In this document: piece by piece, positions 1 through 8,340 of the stretch
How positions within the stretch are numbered: position 1 is the first letter of the stretch
Layout of the letters: every line of letters begins with the position of its first letter
The notes under the pieces: model-generated
What the model was told of the DNA's origin: nothing
Seen by the model: only the letters and a program-made list of their open reading frames with translations
The model's database searches: none
NCBI GenBank assembly: GCA_964442515.1
Contig: CAYUAC010000002.1
Coordinates: 1 to 41,486, forward strand
Direction of reading: 5' to 3'
DNA length: 41,486 nucleotides
From: an uncultured Campylobacterales bacterium
GTDB lineage: Bacteria; Campylobacterota; Campylobacteria; Campylobacterales; Sulfurovaceae
Position numbers and translations under genes: made by a program

Positions 1-111
1 ATCCCATCCAAGCCCCTCGCTGAGGGCATAAAAAAGCAGATACAGCAGCGGTAAAGCGATAACAGCCCCGAAAAAGGGGGCTATATACGCTTTGAGGTTT
101 TTTATCTCCAT
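1..111 (-). CDS. Iron(III) ABC transporter permease, N-terminal fragment (gene continues past the left edge)
   Basis: Minus-strand ATG at 111-109 overlaps the stop of the upstream binding-protein gene (CAATGGAGATAA). It translates to MEIKNLKAYIAPFFGAVIALPLLYLLFYALSEGLGWD, a hydrophobic TM-like N-terminus. Operon position downstream of an FbpA-like gene. Confidence 0.5.
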   Translation of the reverse strand, partial: MEIKNLKAYIAPFFGAVIALPLLYLLFYALSEGLGWD

Positions 112-1121
112 TGGGCTTTTTGGAAAACCTCGACCGCGGCTTTTTGGTTTTGGCCGATTTTACTCAGGGCGATATCATCTTCTTTGAACTCCCCCCAGCT
201 TTGGACCAGCTTGCTTGGACTGACGGCCGGATTGACCGGGTACTCGGAGTTGGCATCGGCAAATGCGCGCTGGGCTTTTTTACTGATCAAAAATTCCAGC
301 AGTTTGATGGCGTTTTCTTTGTTTTTGGCCGATTGCGTCACACCCGCCCCGCTGATATTGATGTGGGCTCCCCTGCTTTCTTGATTGGGAAAAAAGACGC
401 CGATTTGTTGCGCGACTTCCCGGTCCATGGGATCAGAAGAGTTGACAAACCTGCCAAGGTAGTAAGTATTGGCAATAGCGATATCACTCACGCCGCTGGC
501 GGCTGCGCGCATCTGGTCCCTGTCGTTGCCTTTTGGCACGCGGGCCATATTCTCAACCACCCCTTTGGCCCATTCCAATCCTTTTTCCTTGCCGTTGTGA
601 GCGATGATGGAAGCCATGAGCGACTTGTTGTACGCATTGGACGAACTTCTTACGGTGATAGAATAGGGAAAATCCTCTTTGGCTATGGCTTCGTAGGTGG
701 AAAGCTTGTCCACGTCGACGTTTTCTTTGTTATAGATAATCACCCGCGCACGCTTGGTCAAGCCAAACCACTGGTTGTCCGGACCGCGCAGATTGGCCGG
801 GATGACGGAGGTGAGTTTTTCTGACTCTATGCTTTGCAGCAGTCCGCTTTTTTTGGCTTGATACAAATTACCGATATCGGCGGTAACAAACATATCCGCC
901 GGTGAGCGCTTTCCTTCTATTTTGAGCTTGGCCAAGAGTTCGTCGGCCTTGGCGTGGACGACGTTGACCTTGATGCCCGTTTGCTGTTCAAACTCTTTAT
1001 AGAGTTGTTTATCACTGTCGTAGTGTCTGTGGGAATAGAGGTTGACTTCATTTGCCAACAACGTACTTGAAAACGCAAGCGCCGAAACGGCCAGAAGACC
1101 TTTTGTCAAAAATGATCGCAT
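102..1121 (-). CDS. Fe(3+) ABC transporter periplasmic substrate-binding protein (FbpA/AfuA family)
   Basis: 339-aa ORF with signal peptide MRSFLTKGLLAVSALAFSSTLLA and AAGGA RBS. Family-typical segments: NLYSHRHYDSD, VTADIGNLYQA, WFGLTKRARVIIYN, IANTYYLGR. Confidence 0.9.
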   Translation of the reverse strand: MRSFLTKGLLAVSALAFSSTLLANEVNLYSHRHYDSDKQLYKEFEQQTGIKVNVVHAKADELLAKLKIEGKRSPADMFVTADIGNLYQAKKSGLLQSIESEKLTSVIPANLRGPDNQWFGLTKRARVIIYNKENVDVDKLSTYEAIAKEDFPYSITVRSSSNAYNKSLMASIIAHNGKEKGLEWAKGVVENMARVPKGNDRDQMRAAASGVSDIAIANTYYLGRFVNSSDPMDREVAQQIGVFFPNQESRGAHINISGAGVTQSAKNKENAIKLLEFLISKKAQRAFADANSEYPVNPAVSPSKLVQSWGEFKEDDIALSKIGQNQKAAVEVFQKAQWR

Positions 1122-1159
1122 ATTTTTCCTTTTTTGATAATATATCTCAGTATTTTACT

Positions 1160-1178
1160 GTAAATGATAACCATTGTC
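1160..1178 (-). promoter_or_regulatory. Putative Fur box in the promoter of the Fe3+ binding-protein gene
   Basis: GTAAATGATAACCATTGTC matches the 19-bp GATAATGATAATCATTATC consensus at 15 of 19 positions (hand alignment). It lies about 40-55 nt upstream of the ATG at 1121. A second GATAAT hexamer sits at 1136-1141. Confidence 0.5.
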
Positions 1179-1186
1179 AATACTAT

Positions 1187-2374
1187 TTATTCATCTTCCA
1201 GCAAATGTTCGTACCGTTTATCCGTTAACAGCTTCAAAAACGCTACCAGTGCCTGTACTTTTCTTTCACTCATGGGCCTGGCGCTTTGTAAAAGCTTTAA
1301 ATCCTCTTGCCCCACCTTTACTTCGGGTTTGGCCCAGGGCTGTCCCGTTTCGGGATTGATCGCCGTTTCTTCATTGACATACTGATCATAAAACAAGATA
1401 ACCGTTTCCAAATCCTCAAACACCCCGTTGTGCATATACGGAGCCGTAACGGCCACGTTTCGCAGGGTGGGGACTTTCATTTTCCCGGCGTAACTGGAAG
1501 CATTTGAAAGATTTTTTACCGCCGGATTGTTCATAAGCCCCATATCCTTAAACGCCTGGGGGTGTATTGTCTTTGACAGCAGACTTTTATTGCGCGGGGT
1601 TCCGATATTGTGGTACCGGTAATTGGTAAATGTTTCTTTGGCGGCGTCTTCAGTTTTGAGCAGATGGCAGGAAGCGCAGTTGGTATTGTTGTTGGAAAAA
1701 AACAGACTCCGGCCGAGGTCTTCAAGGGGCGTCAATTCGTACGTGCCTTGTAAAAACCTGTCGTATTTACTGTCAAAAGGGGCAAACTCTTTGGTTTTTT
1801 CAAAAGCCGCAATCGCGCTTGCTGCGGCTTCATAGACTTTATCGGGATTTTCAAAGATTGTTTTGGAATACAGCTTGGCAAATTGCCGGCGGTAGTTTTG
1901 GTCTTGGTAGAAGCGCTTGGAAATAGCCTTTTTGGAAACCATATTCATCTCCGCGGGATTAAGCGGCGGGCCTTTGGCCTGCTCTTGCAAATCTTTTGCT
2001 CTGCCGTCCCAAAACTGTCCGCCCACAAAGGCTTGTTCTCTGCTGTCATAATGAAAAGGCGGGCTAAATTGCGCATAGGTGGCAGTAGGGGTATTTCTGT
2101 CACCAAAACTCTGGCCGTCATCGCCCAGGCTTACCGCGCCGTTTGGCGCTATTTGACGGTTGTCGGCAAAGGCATGGCCGGGGTTGTGGCAGGTAGCGCA
2201 GGATTGGGTTTTGTTTTTTGAAAGGATAGGATCAAAAAAAAGTTGCCTGCCAAGGTCTGCTTCAAGCTGTGAAAAAACTTCGGGATCGCTTTTTTGCAAC
2301 GGTTTACTGCATCCGGCAAGCAAGAATAAAACCGCAAGGCTCCATAGTATTTGATACGTTAGCGTTTGAACCAT
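1187..2374 (-). CDS. Di-haem cytochrome c peroxidase / MauG family lipoprotein
   Basis: Two CXXCH motifs (CATCH, CASCH) and PTLRNVAVTAPYMHNG. Start chosen at the internal ATG 2374 (MVQTLTYQILWSLAVLFLLAGCSK, lipobox), which has an AAGGAG RBS. The 44 upstream codons of the tracked ORF overlap the preceding gene. Confidence 0.85.
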   Translation of the reverse strand: MVQTLTYQILWSLAVLFLLAGCSKPLQKSDPEVFSQLEADLGRQLFFDPILSKNKTQSCATCHNPGHAFADNRQIAPNGAVSLGDDGQSFGDRNTPTATYAQFSPPFHYDSREQAFVGGQFWDGRAKDLQEQAKGPPLNPAEMNMVSKKAISKRFYQDQNYRRQFAKLYSKTIFENPDKVYEAAASAIAAFEKTKEFAPFDSKYDRFLQGTYELTPLEDLGRSLFFSNNNTNCASCHLLKTEDAAKETFTNYRYHNIGTPRNKSLLSKTIHPQAFKDMGLMNNPAVKNLSNASSYAGKMKVPTLRNVAVTAPYMHNGVFEDLETVILFYDQYVNEETAINPETGQPWAKPEVKVGQEDLKLLQSARPMSERKVQALVAFLKLLTDKRYEHLLEDE

Positions 2375-3273
2375 AATAAACTCCTTATCTTTACAAAAGG
2401 TTGAAAAAGCAGATGCGCCACCGTCGCAAACTCTTGTCTGCCAAGTCCCAATCGAATCTTTGGGGCATCCTTTGACCGCATCAGCGAACCAAACATCCAA
2501 TCCCACACCGCCAGGTAGCCGCCGTAGTTTTTATTGCTGTAGTCGGTGCTGTGATGGATCTGGTGCTGGTAGGGGGAGATGCAGATTTTTTCCACAATCT
2601 TTGGGTATTTGAGTTTGACGTGGGAATGGCGCAGGTTTGAACCCATCAGCGAAAATACAAACAAAAACAGGTTCACCCCGATGATTTCAATCACGGCGAT
2701 ATATGCCCCGAAAAAATAGATAAACACCCCCGTTACCGCACCGATGGAAAGCGCGTAGCGAAAAGCAAACAGCAGGTTTTCTACCGGGTGGATGCGGTAA
2801 AAAGTAATCGGCGTCAACACTTTCGCGCTGTGGTGGACCTTGTGAAACTCCCATAAAAAAGGCACGGTGTGCAGCAGTCTGTGCAGCCAGTAGCGGGTAA
2901 AATCACTGACGACAAAAATGGCCGCGGTATACAAAACAAGTACGGCGGTATAAGAAAGCGCCCTGACTTGATACAGGCCAAAATGATCAAGCAAAACGCC
3001 GTGGACATACAGGCTGACTTCGTGCGCCCCAAAAACCAAAGGCAGGATCAGGACGGTTTTGATAAAAAAAGAAACGATAAAGTATTTATAATCCAAAAGC
3101 GCGCTGGTGTGCAGCCACAGCTTTTTGCTCAGTACCACCCGTCTTTGCCTTTTATGCACAAAAAGATAGATCGCGGCAATTACTGCCGAAGAGAGCAGAT
3201 AGAGCCAGTAAAGCCGTTTGCCCGGTTCAAAATACAGCAGCAGCTGCTGCGTAAAATCAATCTCCGTCAGCAT
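2359..3273 (-). CDS. Fatty acid hydroxylase / sterol desaturase superfamily membrane protein
   Basis: Multi-TM protein with histidine boxes HRLLH, HKVHHS and HQIHHS. Its start overlaps the upstream imelysin stop and its stop overlaps the ccp start. Confidence 0.8.
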   Translation of the reverse strand: MLTEIDFTQQLLLYFEPGKRLYWLYLLSSAVIAAIYLFVHKRQRRVVLSKKLWLHTSALLDYKYFIVSFFIKTVLILPLVFGAHEVSLYVHGVLLDHFGLYQVRALSYTAVLVLYTAAIFVVSDFTRYWLHRLLHTVPFLWEFHKVHHSAKVLTPITFYRIHPVENLLFAFRYALSIGAVTGVFIYFFGAYIAVIEIIGVNLFLFVFSLMGSNLRHSHVKLKYPKIVEKICISPYQHQIHHSTDYSNKNYGGYLAVWDWMFGSLMRSKDAPKIRLGLGRQEFATVAHLLFQPFVKIRSLLWFKR

Positions 3274-4216
3274 CGAGTACCTTGGAAGTAACCTTGAGTT
3301 CGGCTATCAGCGTCACGTAATACGCCGTATGCAGTTTTTGGGCCAGATCATACAACCTGCGGGCATTGCCAAAATCATCCCCCTCGATCAGATGCAGGTT
3401 GTTTCGTATACGCCGCAGATATTGCAGCGTTTGTGCAAGTTCTTTATCCGCGCCGTAGCTTGTAAGCAGCGATCCGTAGTTTTTATGCGGGCCGGGACCC
3501 AGCACCCTGAGGTGGGTATCAACAATGGCCGCAATCGCCTGTTTGGACGTTTGGCTTCGATAATACTCGGCCCGGCCGTTATCGGGATCGTTTTCGTATT
3601 TGCGGCTCAGTCCCGCCGGATCGCCGATACGCCACTCTTTGAGTTTATAAGAACTTTGGCTGAGGGTATTGAGCACCATCGCGTTGGCACGTTTTTCATC
3701 CGAGACAAAGCGCCTGCTGTTTTGCTCATATCCTTGCACAATATCGCGCAGATACCCCTGAATGCTTTGGATGATAACAGTTGCGATGGCATTGACTCTT
3801 GCTTTAGAAGGATCATGCGCAAACAGAATATACTCCAGCGCATTGATCGATTTATAGGAGTGCTTGAAAAGGGCCGTTTGCACATCACCGTCACTGCGGA
3901 CTACGCGCTTGAGCTGTTGTGCGATATCTTCGTTGCCGTGGTGGAAAATATCGATATAGCGGGGCGTATCAAGATAGCTGCCGTCAAGTTCTCCCAGAAT
4001 ATAAAAGGTTTGGACGCTTTTCCACCGTGTCACCAGGGCGGTAAAATCATGACGCATCTGCCCGGGATCGTTGTGCGCTATTGTTTTTTCAAGCTTTTTG
4101 GCAGCCCCAACGGCTTCTTTTGCGTCTGCAAGCAAAATATTGGAATACAGAGACTGCAAATGCTCATTTGCATACACCACGTGAATAAAAACTGCAATAA
4201 TAATAAAAAACCTCAT
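3257..4216 (-). CDS. Imelysin-like (peptidase M75-like) periplasmic protein
   Basis: 319 aa with signal peptide MRFFIIIAVFIHVVYA and AAGGAG RBS. Placed in the classic imelysin/DUF1111/imelysin arrangement. The family call rests on context plus general helical imelysin-like composition. Confidence 0.65.
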   Translation of the reverse strand: MRFFIIIAVFIHVVYANEHLQSLYSNILLADAKEAVGAAKKLEKTIAHNDPGQMRHDFTALVTRWKSVQTFYILGELDGSYLDTPRYIDIFHHGNEDIAQQLKRVVRSDGDVQTALFKHSYKSINALEYILFAHDPSKARVNAIATVIIQSIQGYLRDIVQGYEQNSRRFVSDEKRANAMVLNTLSQSSYKLKEWRIGDPAGLSRKYENDPDNGRAEYYRSQTSKQAIAAIVDTHLRVLGPGPHKNYGSLLTSYGADKELAQTLQYLRRIRNNLHLIEGDDFGNARRLYDLAQKLHTAYYVTLIAELKVTSKVLDADGD

Positions 4217-4217
4217 C

Positions 4218-5615
4218 TTATAACTCCTTGATAAATTCGATCAACTCGTCGCGCTGCTTTGTGCTTAAGCGCATAAAACGCTTTTTAACCTGCTTTGCTT
4301 CGCCGCCGTGCCACAGGATCGCTTCTTCTATCGTGCGGGCCCGCCCGTCATGGAGCAGATTGAGTTCTTGACCCACGGCGCGGCTATACTGCCCTATCCC
4401 CCACAAAGGCTGAGTGCGAAACTCGCTTGGCAGCGCGTCAAATTCGCTCCTTCCGTCGCTGAGACCTTTGCCCATATCATGAAGCAAAAAATCGCTGTAG
4501 GGGGCTATGGACAAGCCGTTTTCCAAAGTAAATTCGCTGACGTGGCATTTGGCGCAGCCTACTGTCTCAAACAGTTTTTGCCCCCTTTTTTGCGTAATCT
4601 TGGCATGGGGGACTTTGAGATTTTGCAGATAAAACGTGATCGCATCCAACCGTTTTGGAGGCAGGTCAAAGCCGCTGCCGGCTCGCTTACTGTCGCCTTT
4701 TGGCGCCTTTAGGCATTCGTTTTGCTCTTGTGTACAATTTTCTGATGCAAACAGCGGCGAGGTCAAACTCATATCATTATGCGCAGCCGAAGCGACCTGG
4801 TCTTTTACAAACGCGCGGCTTGCTTTCCATGTGTATCTGCCAAGTTCGTACTGCTGCGTCATCGGACTGAAAACCCGGTTGGCTTTGCCCGAAATCCCGT
4901 CATCGTCGCTGTCGTTTCTATCTTCATTGGCCAGTATCTGTGCATCGCTGAGCATTTCAATAAGCCCAAGTCCCACCAGAGCCTGGGGCATACGGTTTGC
5001 TATATTGGTATCGGGATGCAGCGGGCCGTACTGCAGGGAGGTAAGCTGCTTTGCAATACCCTGTTTTGGTTTGCGCAGCAGGGTTTCATCCCCGGCCGGG
5101 TAGCGCACGCTTACCGTTTCATACTCAATTTTCGGTTTTGCCTCATACGCAACATTCGTCGTGGAATTGATACTGATCTGTTCGCCGTAGGTGGGTTCTG
5201 GCAGAAATCCTTTTTTTGCCAGTATTTTTTCATAATCTTTGATGCTTTCTTTGGGCACCGAAAGCTTTGACACGTACCCTCTGTTTATAGTGCCGTTTTC
5301 ATTATAAACAAAAGATACGGCATTATTTGGGTGGCAGCTTGTGCAGGTATTAGCGCTAAAAAGCGGACCGAGCCCGTCTCTGGCGGTGGTTGCGCTGGGG
5401 GCTTGGACCCAGGGAACGCTGAAAAAGCTTTTGCCCAGGATAAAACGGTCCAGGTCTGCATTACTCAAGCCTTCCACGGGATGGGTCAACATCGATTTCG
5501 TATCATCGGCGGTGAAGTATTTGCCACGCAGCGCATTATCTCCCTGCAGCGATGCGGTAAAAACCGCAGCGCTGAAAAGCAGGCTATATCCGAGTTTCTT
5601 GGGCATCGGTAACAT
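4218..5615 (-). CDS. DUF1111-family di-haem oxidoreductase (putative peroxidase)
   Basis: Two CXXCH motifs (CTSCH, CAKCH), C-terminal WHGGEA segment, and signal-like N-terminus MLPMPKKLGYSLLFSAAVFTASL. The start is ambiguous (TTG 5651, ATG 5615 or ATG 5606); all three overlap the upstream gene. Confidence 0.8.
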   Translation of the reverse strand: MLPMPKKLGYSLLFSAAVFTASLQGDNALRGKYFTADDTKSMLTHPVEGLSNADLDRFILGKSFFSVPWVQAPSATTARDGLGPLFSANTCTSCHPNNAVSFVYNENGTINRGYVSKLSVPKESIKDYEKILAKKGFLPEPTYGEQISINSTTNVAYEAKPKIEYETVSVRYPAGDETLLRKPKQGIAKQLTSLQYGPLHPDTNIANRMPQALVGLGLIEMLSDAQILANEDRNDSDDDGISGKANRVFSPMTQQYELGRYTWKASRAFVKDQVASAAHNDMSLTSPLFASENCTQEQNECLKAPKGDSKRAGSGFDLPPKRLDAITFYLQNLKVPHAKITQKRGQKLFETVGCAKCHVSEFTLENGLSIAPYSDFLLHDMGKGLSDGRSEFDALPSEFRTQPLWGIGQYSRAVGQELNLLHDGRARTIEEAILWHGGEAKQVKKRFMRLSTKQRDELIEFIKEL

Positions 5616-6933
5616 CTTGTTTGTTGAGTTCAATCCCGTTTGCCTTGGCAACGGGCACCATCATATCCCCCAGTTTTCTCATCTTGTTTTTGAGTGAAAC
5701 GATCTCTTTTGCCTGCGGATCGTTTGGTCTGATCTGATAGTCAAAGTGTCTGCTTGCCTCGGCGATAGCGTCGATCTTTTGGATTTTGTTTTCTATCTCG
5801 CCCATAAGCGCAAGAATCTGCTTCTTTGTCCGCATATCCACGGTGTCGATAGGCGCTTTGCCGTAATGCTTTGCCTTATACGTACCCATCAGGACGTTTT
5901 TAAACCCCTGGTAATTGGTCGCGATATCTCTGTGGGTATTGTCTGAAAAGCAGGAGTGTTCATCCTCTTCGCTGGGCGTCAGCACGGCAACGGCTATACG
6001 CTCATTGGCCAGTTCGGATTTCATAAAAACGCCCATCCCCGAAAACACCTGCGCCAAAGCCTGCTTTGTGTCTATGGCGTTGTCGCCTTTGCCAAGAAAC
6101 GCCTGGCGGTACAAGCCGTTTTGGCCCGAAACCTCTTTTTCCCACGCTCCCTTAACCAGCTCTAAATCCTGCACGATCTTATCGGTGGCGGCTTTGAGAT
6201 ACGCCAGTCTTCTTTTAGCGTGTTTATCATCTATAAAATCACTCAACGGCCGATCTCCGGCTTGCAGCGCTCCGTGTGTGATACTGTCTACGACAAAGTT
6301 GGCATAATCCTGATCCTGTCCCCACAGCAGAAATTCAACGGCGTGGTATCCCGAAGCGACATTGGCTTCTCCGCCGTTTTCATTGAGTGCGGTAATGGCT
6401 TTAACGGTAATTTCGCTTACGTCAACACTGCTGCTGCCCTCGCCTCCGGGGGTGAAAACGCCTGCGCTGTCAATGATGTTGCCGCGGGTTTTTTCCCCGT
6501 CCGCATCGATCGTATAATCGATCATATTCTCATCCAGCGGCCATGCGTTGATCTGGCCTTCGGGAGCGCCGTATGTTTGGGCTACCCAGCCTTCTTCGGC
6601 GTCAATGGGACCGTTTGAGAGACGAAAGATTTCACTCTTGCCATATGATTCCCTGGAAAGCAGCCATGCGGCTTTGGCTTCTTCCAGGTGCTGTTGTGTC
6701 GGATCGGCGGCGAAAGCGTTCACCGCTTTTTGCAAATCTTTTGCATCGGCCAATGCGTCGGCGTAATTGTGCAGCGCAATATCGGCGTAGGTTTGCACAA
6801 TCGAATCTGATTTTGCGACCTGTTTTTGTGATTTGGTATTGTTTGATGCAGCCGTGTTGGCGCACCCGCTCAGTATCAGTGCCGCGCTTGCCGCGACTGC
6901 TGAAAACAGAAGTTTTGTATGTGACAGTCTCAT
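5584..6933 (-). CDS. Imelysin family lipoprotein (IrpA-like)
   Basis: Start taken at ATG 6933 (MRLSHTKLLFSAVAASAALILSGCAN, lipobox) with AAAGGA upstream. Imelysin-type segments HAVEFLLWGQD and CFSDNTH. First gene of the operon. Confidence 0.75.
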   Translation of the reverse strand: MRLSHTKLLFSAVAASAALILSGCANTAASNNTKSQKQVAKSDSIVQTYADIALHNYADALADAKDLQKAVNAFAADPTQQHLEEAKAAWLLSRESYGKSEIFRLSNGPIDAEEGWVAQTYGAPEGQINAWPLDENMIDYTIDADGEKTRGNIIDSAGVFTPGGEGSSSVDVSEITVKAITALNENGGEANVASGYHAVEFLLWGQDQDYANFVVDSITHGALQAGDRPLSDFIDDKHAKRRLAYLKAATDKIVQDLELVKGAWEKEVSGQNGLYRQAFLGKGDNAIDTKQALAQVFSGMGVFMKSELANERIAVAVLTPSEEDEHSCFSDNTHRDIATNYQGFKNVLMGTYKAKHYGKAPIDTVDMRTKKQILALMGEIENKIQKIDAIAEASRHFDYQIRPNDPQAKEIVSLKNKMRKLGDMMVPVAKANGIELNKQDVTDAQETRI

Positions 6934-6950
6934 GTAAATCCTTTTCATTT

Positions 6951-6965
6951 TAATAATCAAAATCA
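6951..6965 (-). promoter_or_regulatory. Possible Fur-type AT-rich operator upstream of the imelysin operon
   Basis: TAATAATCAAAATCA matches the Helicobacter-type TAATAATNATTATTA box at 12 of 15 positions (hand count). A further GATAAT (reverse complement of ATTATC) lies at 7011-7016. This is a weak call in an AT-rich leader. Confidence 0.25.
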
Positions 6966-7038
6966 AATAATAACCAAACAAAACTTACAGTTTTATTAAT
7001 TGTGAGAAAGATTATCAGTATATTTTGTAAAAGGTGGA

Positions 7039-7533
7039 TTATATTCTGAAGCGGTACTCTTTTAACAGCGAGTATGCAATCCCGCCCAAAGCGATCACAT
7101 CAAAGGCTACGGTATACCACGCTCCGTGAATCAGCGCGTACGTCAGCCAGCAAAGGACCGAGACCAGTAAAATCAGTTTCATTTTCAGATTGTCATGCAA
7201 AATTGTTGCAATAGGCGTCATAATGCCTGCAAGCACCAGCAGCCAGCCCGAGGGTTCCTGCAGCTTGTACAGCAGATAAACCGTAAACAGCGGCAAAAAC
7301 AGTTTTAACCCCTTTTCTCCCTGTTTGAGCCCAAGCGCGCCTATAAAAAACAAAGAAGCGATCACTATCGTCTGCATCGCCCCGTGCAAGCCGCCGCTGA
7401 CATAGAGATCGGGGATTACGCACGCCGTCCCAAGACCGATAAACACTTTTGATTTGACTACATCATGCGAAGACATCCCCACGCCGCTGAAGATAATGGC
7501 AAAAACGCCCGCGATCGAAGCAAAAAGTTCCAT
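7039..7533 (-). CDS. YgjV-family inner membrane protein
   Basis: 164 aa, about five hydrophobic helices, size and pattern typical of YgjV-like proteins. No enzymatic motif. Confidence 0.55.
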   Translation of the reverse strand: MELFASIAGVFAIIFSGVGMSSHDVVKSKVFIGLGTACVIPDLYVSGGLHGAMQTIVIASLFFIGALGLKQGEKGLKLFLPLFTVYLLYKLQEPSGWLLVLAGIMTPIATILHDNLKMKLILLVSVLCWLTYALIHGAWYTVAFDVIALGGIAYSLLKEYRFRI

Positions 7534-7588
7534 AATGACCTTTGTGGAAATAAGTGCAATTGTAGCAAAAAATGAACTGAGCTGTTTG

Positions 7589-7837
7589 CTATTTGTAATG
7601 ATTGGTAATTGCTATAATTTCAATCGTGTCTTTATCAATATAGATAAAAATTGCTCGATACTTTTTATCAAGTCGAAATGAATAAATCAACCTATCTTTT
7701 GGCTCTAGTAATTCGGTATTTAAAGAGGGGTAAAACGGGTCATTTTCAAAAAGCTTCTTTGCTTTTTGATATTTTTTTGTTAAATTATGCTTTTGGAGAT
7801 AACTTTGCAAATCATCTCTTATGGCTTTAATTTTCAT
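7589..7837 (-). CDS. Type II toxin, RelE/ParE superfamily
   Basis: 82 aa. The C-terminal pattern LEPKDRLIYSFRLDKKYRAIFIYIDKDTIEIIAITNHY is typical of RelE/ParE-fold toxins. It overlaps the upstream small gene by 11 nt and is AT-rich relative to its neighbours. Confidence 0.7.
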   Translation of the reverse strand: MKIKAIRDDLQSYLQKHNLTKKYQKAKKLFENDPFYPSLNTELLEPKDRLIYSFRLDKKYRAIFIYIDKDTIEIIAITNHYK

Positions 7838-8066
7838 TATAAACCGAACTCTTTTTCAATCCATCTTCTAAATCTTTTAAGAAATCGGCCGAATATCCTT
7901 CTTTTTGAAAATCACTTATAATATTATCAACATTGTCTTTTTGAAATTTTTTAAAATAAAGCTCTTTTTCTACAATTTTCTTTTTAACTTCCTCTATTTC
8001 ATTTAAATTCATTTGAGAAATTAAATTTAAAATATTAGGCATTGATATATCGATTGCTAATTGCAT
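7827..8066 (-). CDS. Putative cognate antitoxin (small acidic helical protein)
   Basis: Start placed at ATG 8066 (MQLAIDISMPNILNLISQMNLNEIEE...) with an AGGAG RBS 8 nt upstream. It is 79 aa, sits upstream of the toxin and overlaps it. No confident family assignment. Confidence 0.55.
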   Translation of the reverse strand: MQLAIDISMPNILNLISQMNLNEIEEVKKKIVEKELYFKKFQKDNVDNIISDFQKEGYSADFLKDLEDGLKKSSVYNEN

Positions 8067-8187
8067 AATACACTCCTGTATTTCATTTAAGATAAACACT
8101 ATTTTATCAAAATGCTATATATCTTGTCTATAATCTATGTATTACAACCGCCTTGAACCGCATACTCTCTCCCCGCCCTCTTCTTGG

Positions 8188-8340
8188 TTAATTTTTCATA
8201 AAAAGATATATGCCCACAAAAAAACCGGCAGCACCGGCGATATAATACGTCATAACCCTGTCGGTATCCAAACCTGTCACAGCCTCTGTGAAACGAAACC
8301 GGATAAAGCCCTCACCATTTCTGTCTCTTTTGGAAATCAC
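8188..8340 (-). CDS. Possible 50-aa membrane-anchored peptide translationally coupled to the CDF gene
   Basis: The GTG at 8340-8338 overlaps the CDF stop (ATGTGA). The frame stays open to TAA 8190-8188 and ends in a TM-like stretch, TYYIAGAAGFFVGIYLFMKN. It is below the ORF-track length cutoff. Confidence 0.2.
   Translation of the reverse strand: MISKRDRNGEGFIRFRFTEAVTGLDTDRVMTYYIAGAAGFFVGIYLFMKN

Noticed and set aside
2375-2506. N-terminal extensions of tracked ORFs: ccp 2375-2506, prepilin peptidase 25157-25351, CYTH-like 10970-11074, HDOD 17447-17575, GGDEF 9257-9346
   Set aside because: Each extension overlaps the preceding gene and lacks an RBS. An internal start with an SD and a sensible N-terminus (signal peptide, lipobox or TM) exists, so the shorter models were used.
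3218-4231. A 337-aa plus-strand ORF spanning almost exactly the imelysin-like gene on the opposite strand
   Set aside because: The minus-strand frame has an RBS, a signal peptide and operon coupling. The plus-strand translation is Cys/Arg/Ile-rich with no start context or motif, so it is a shadow ORF.
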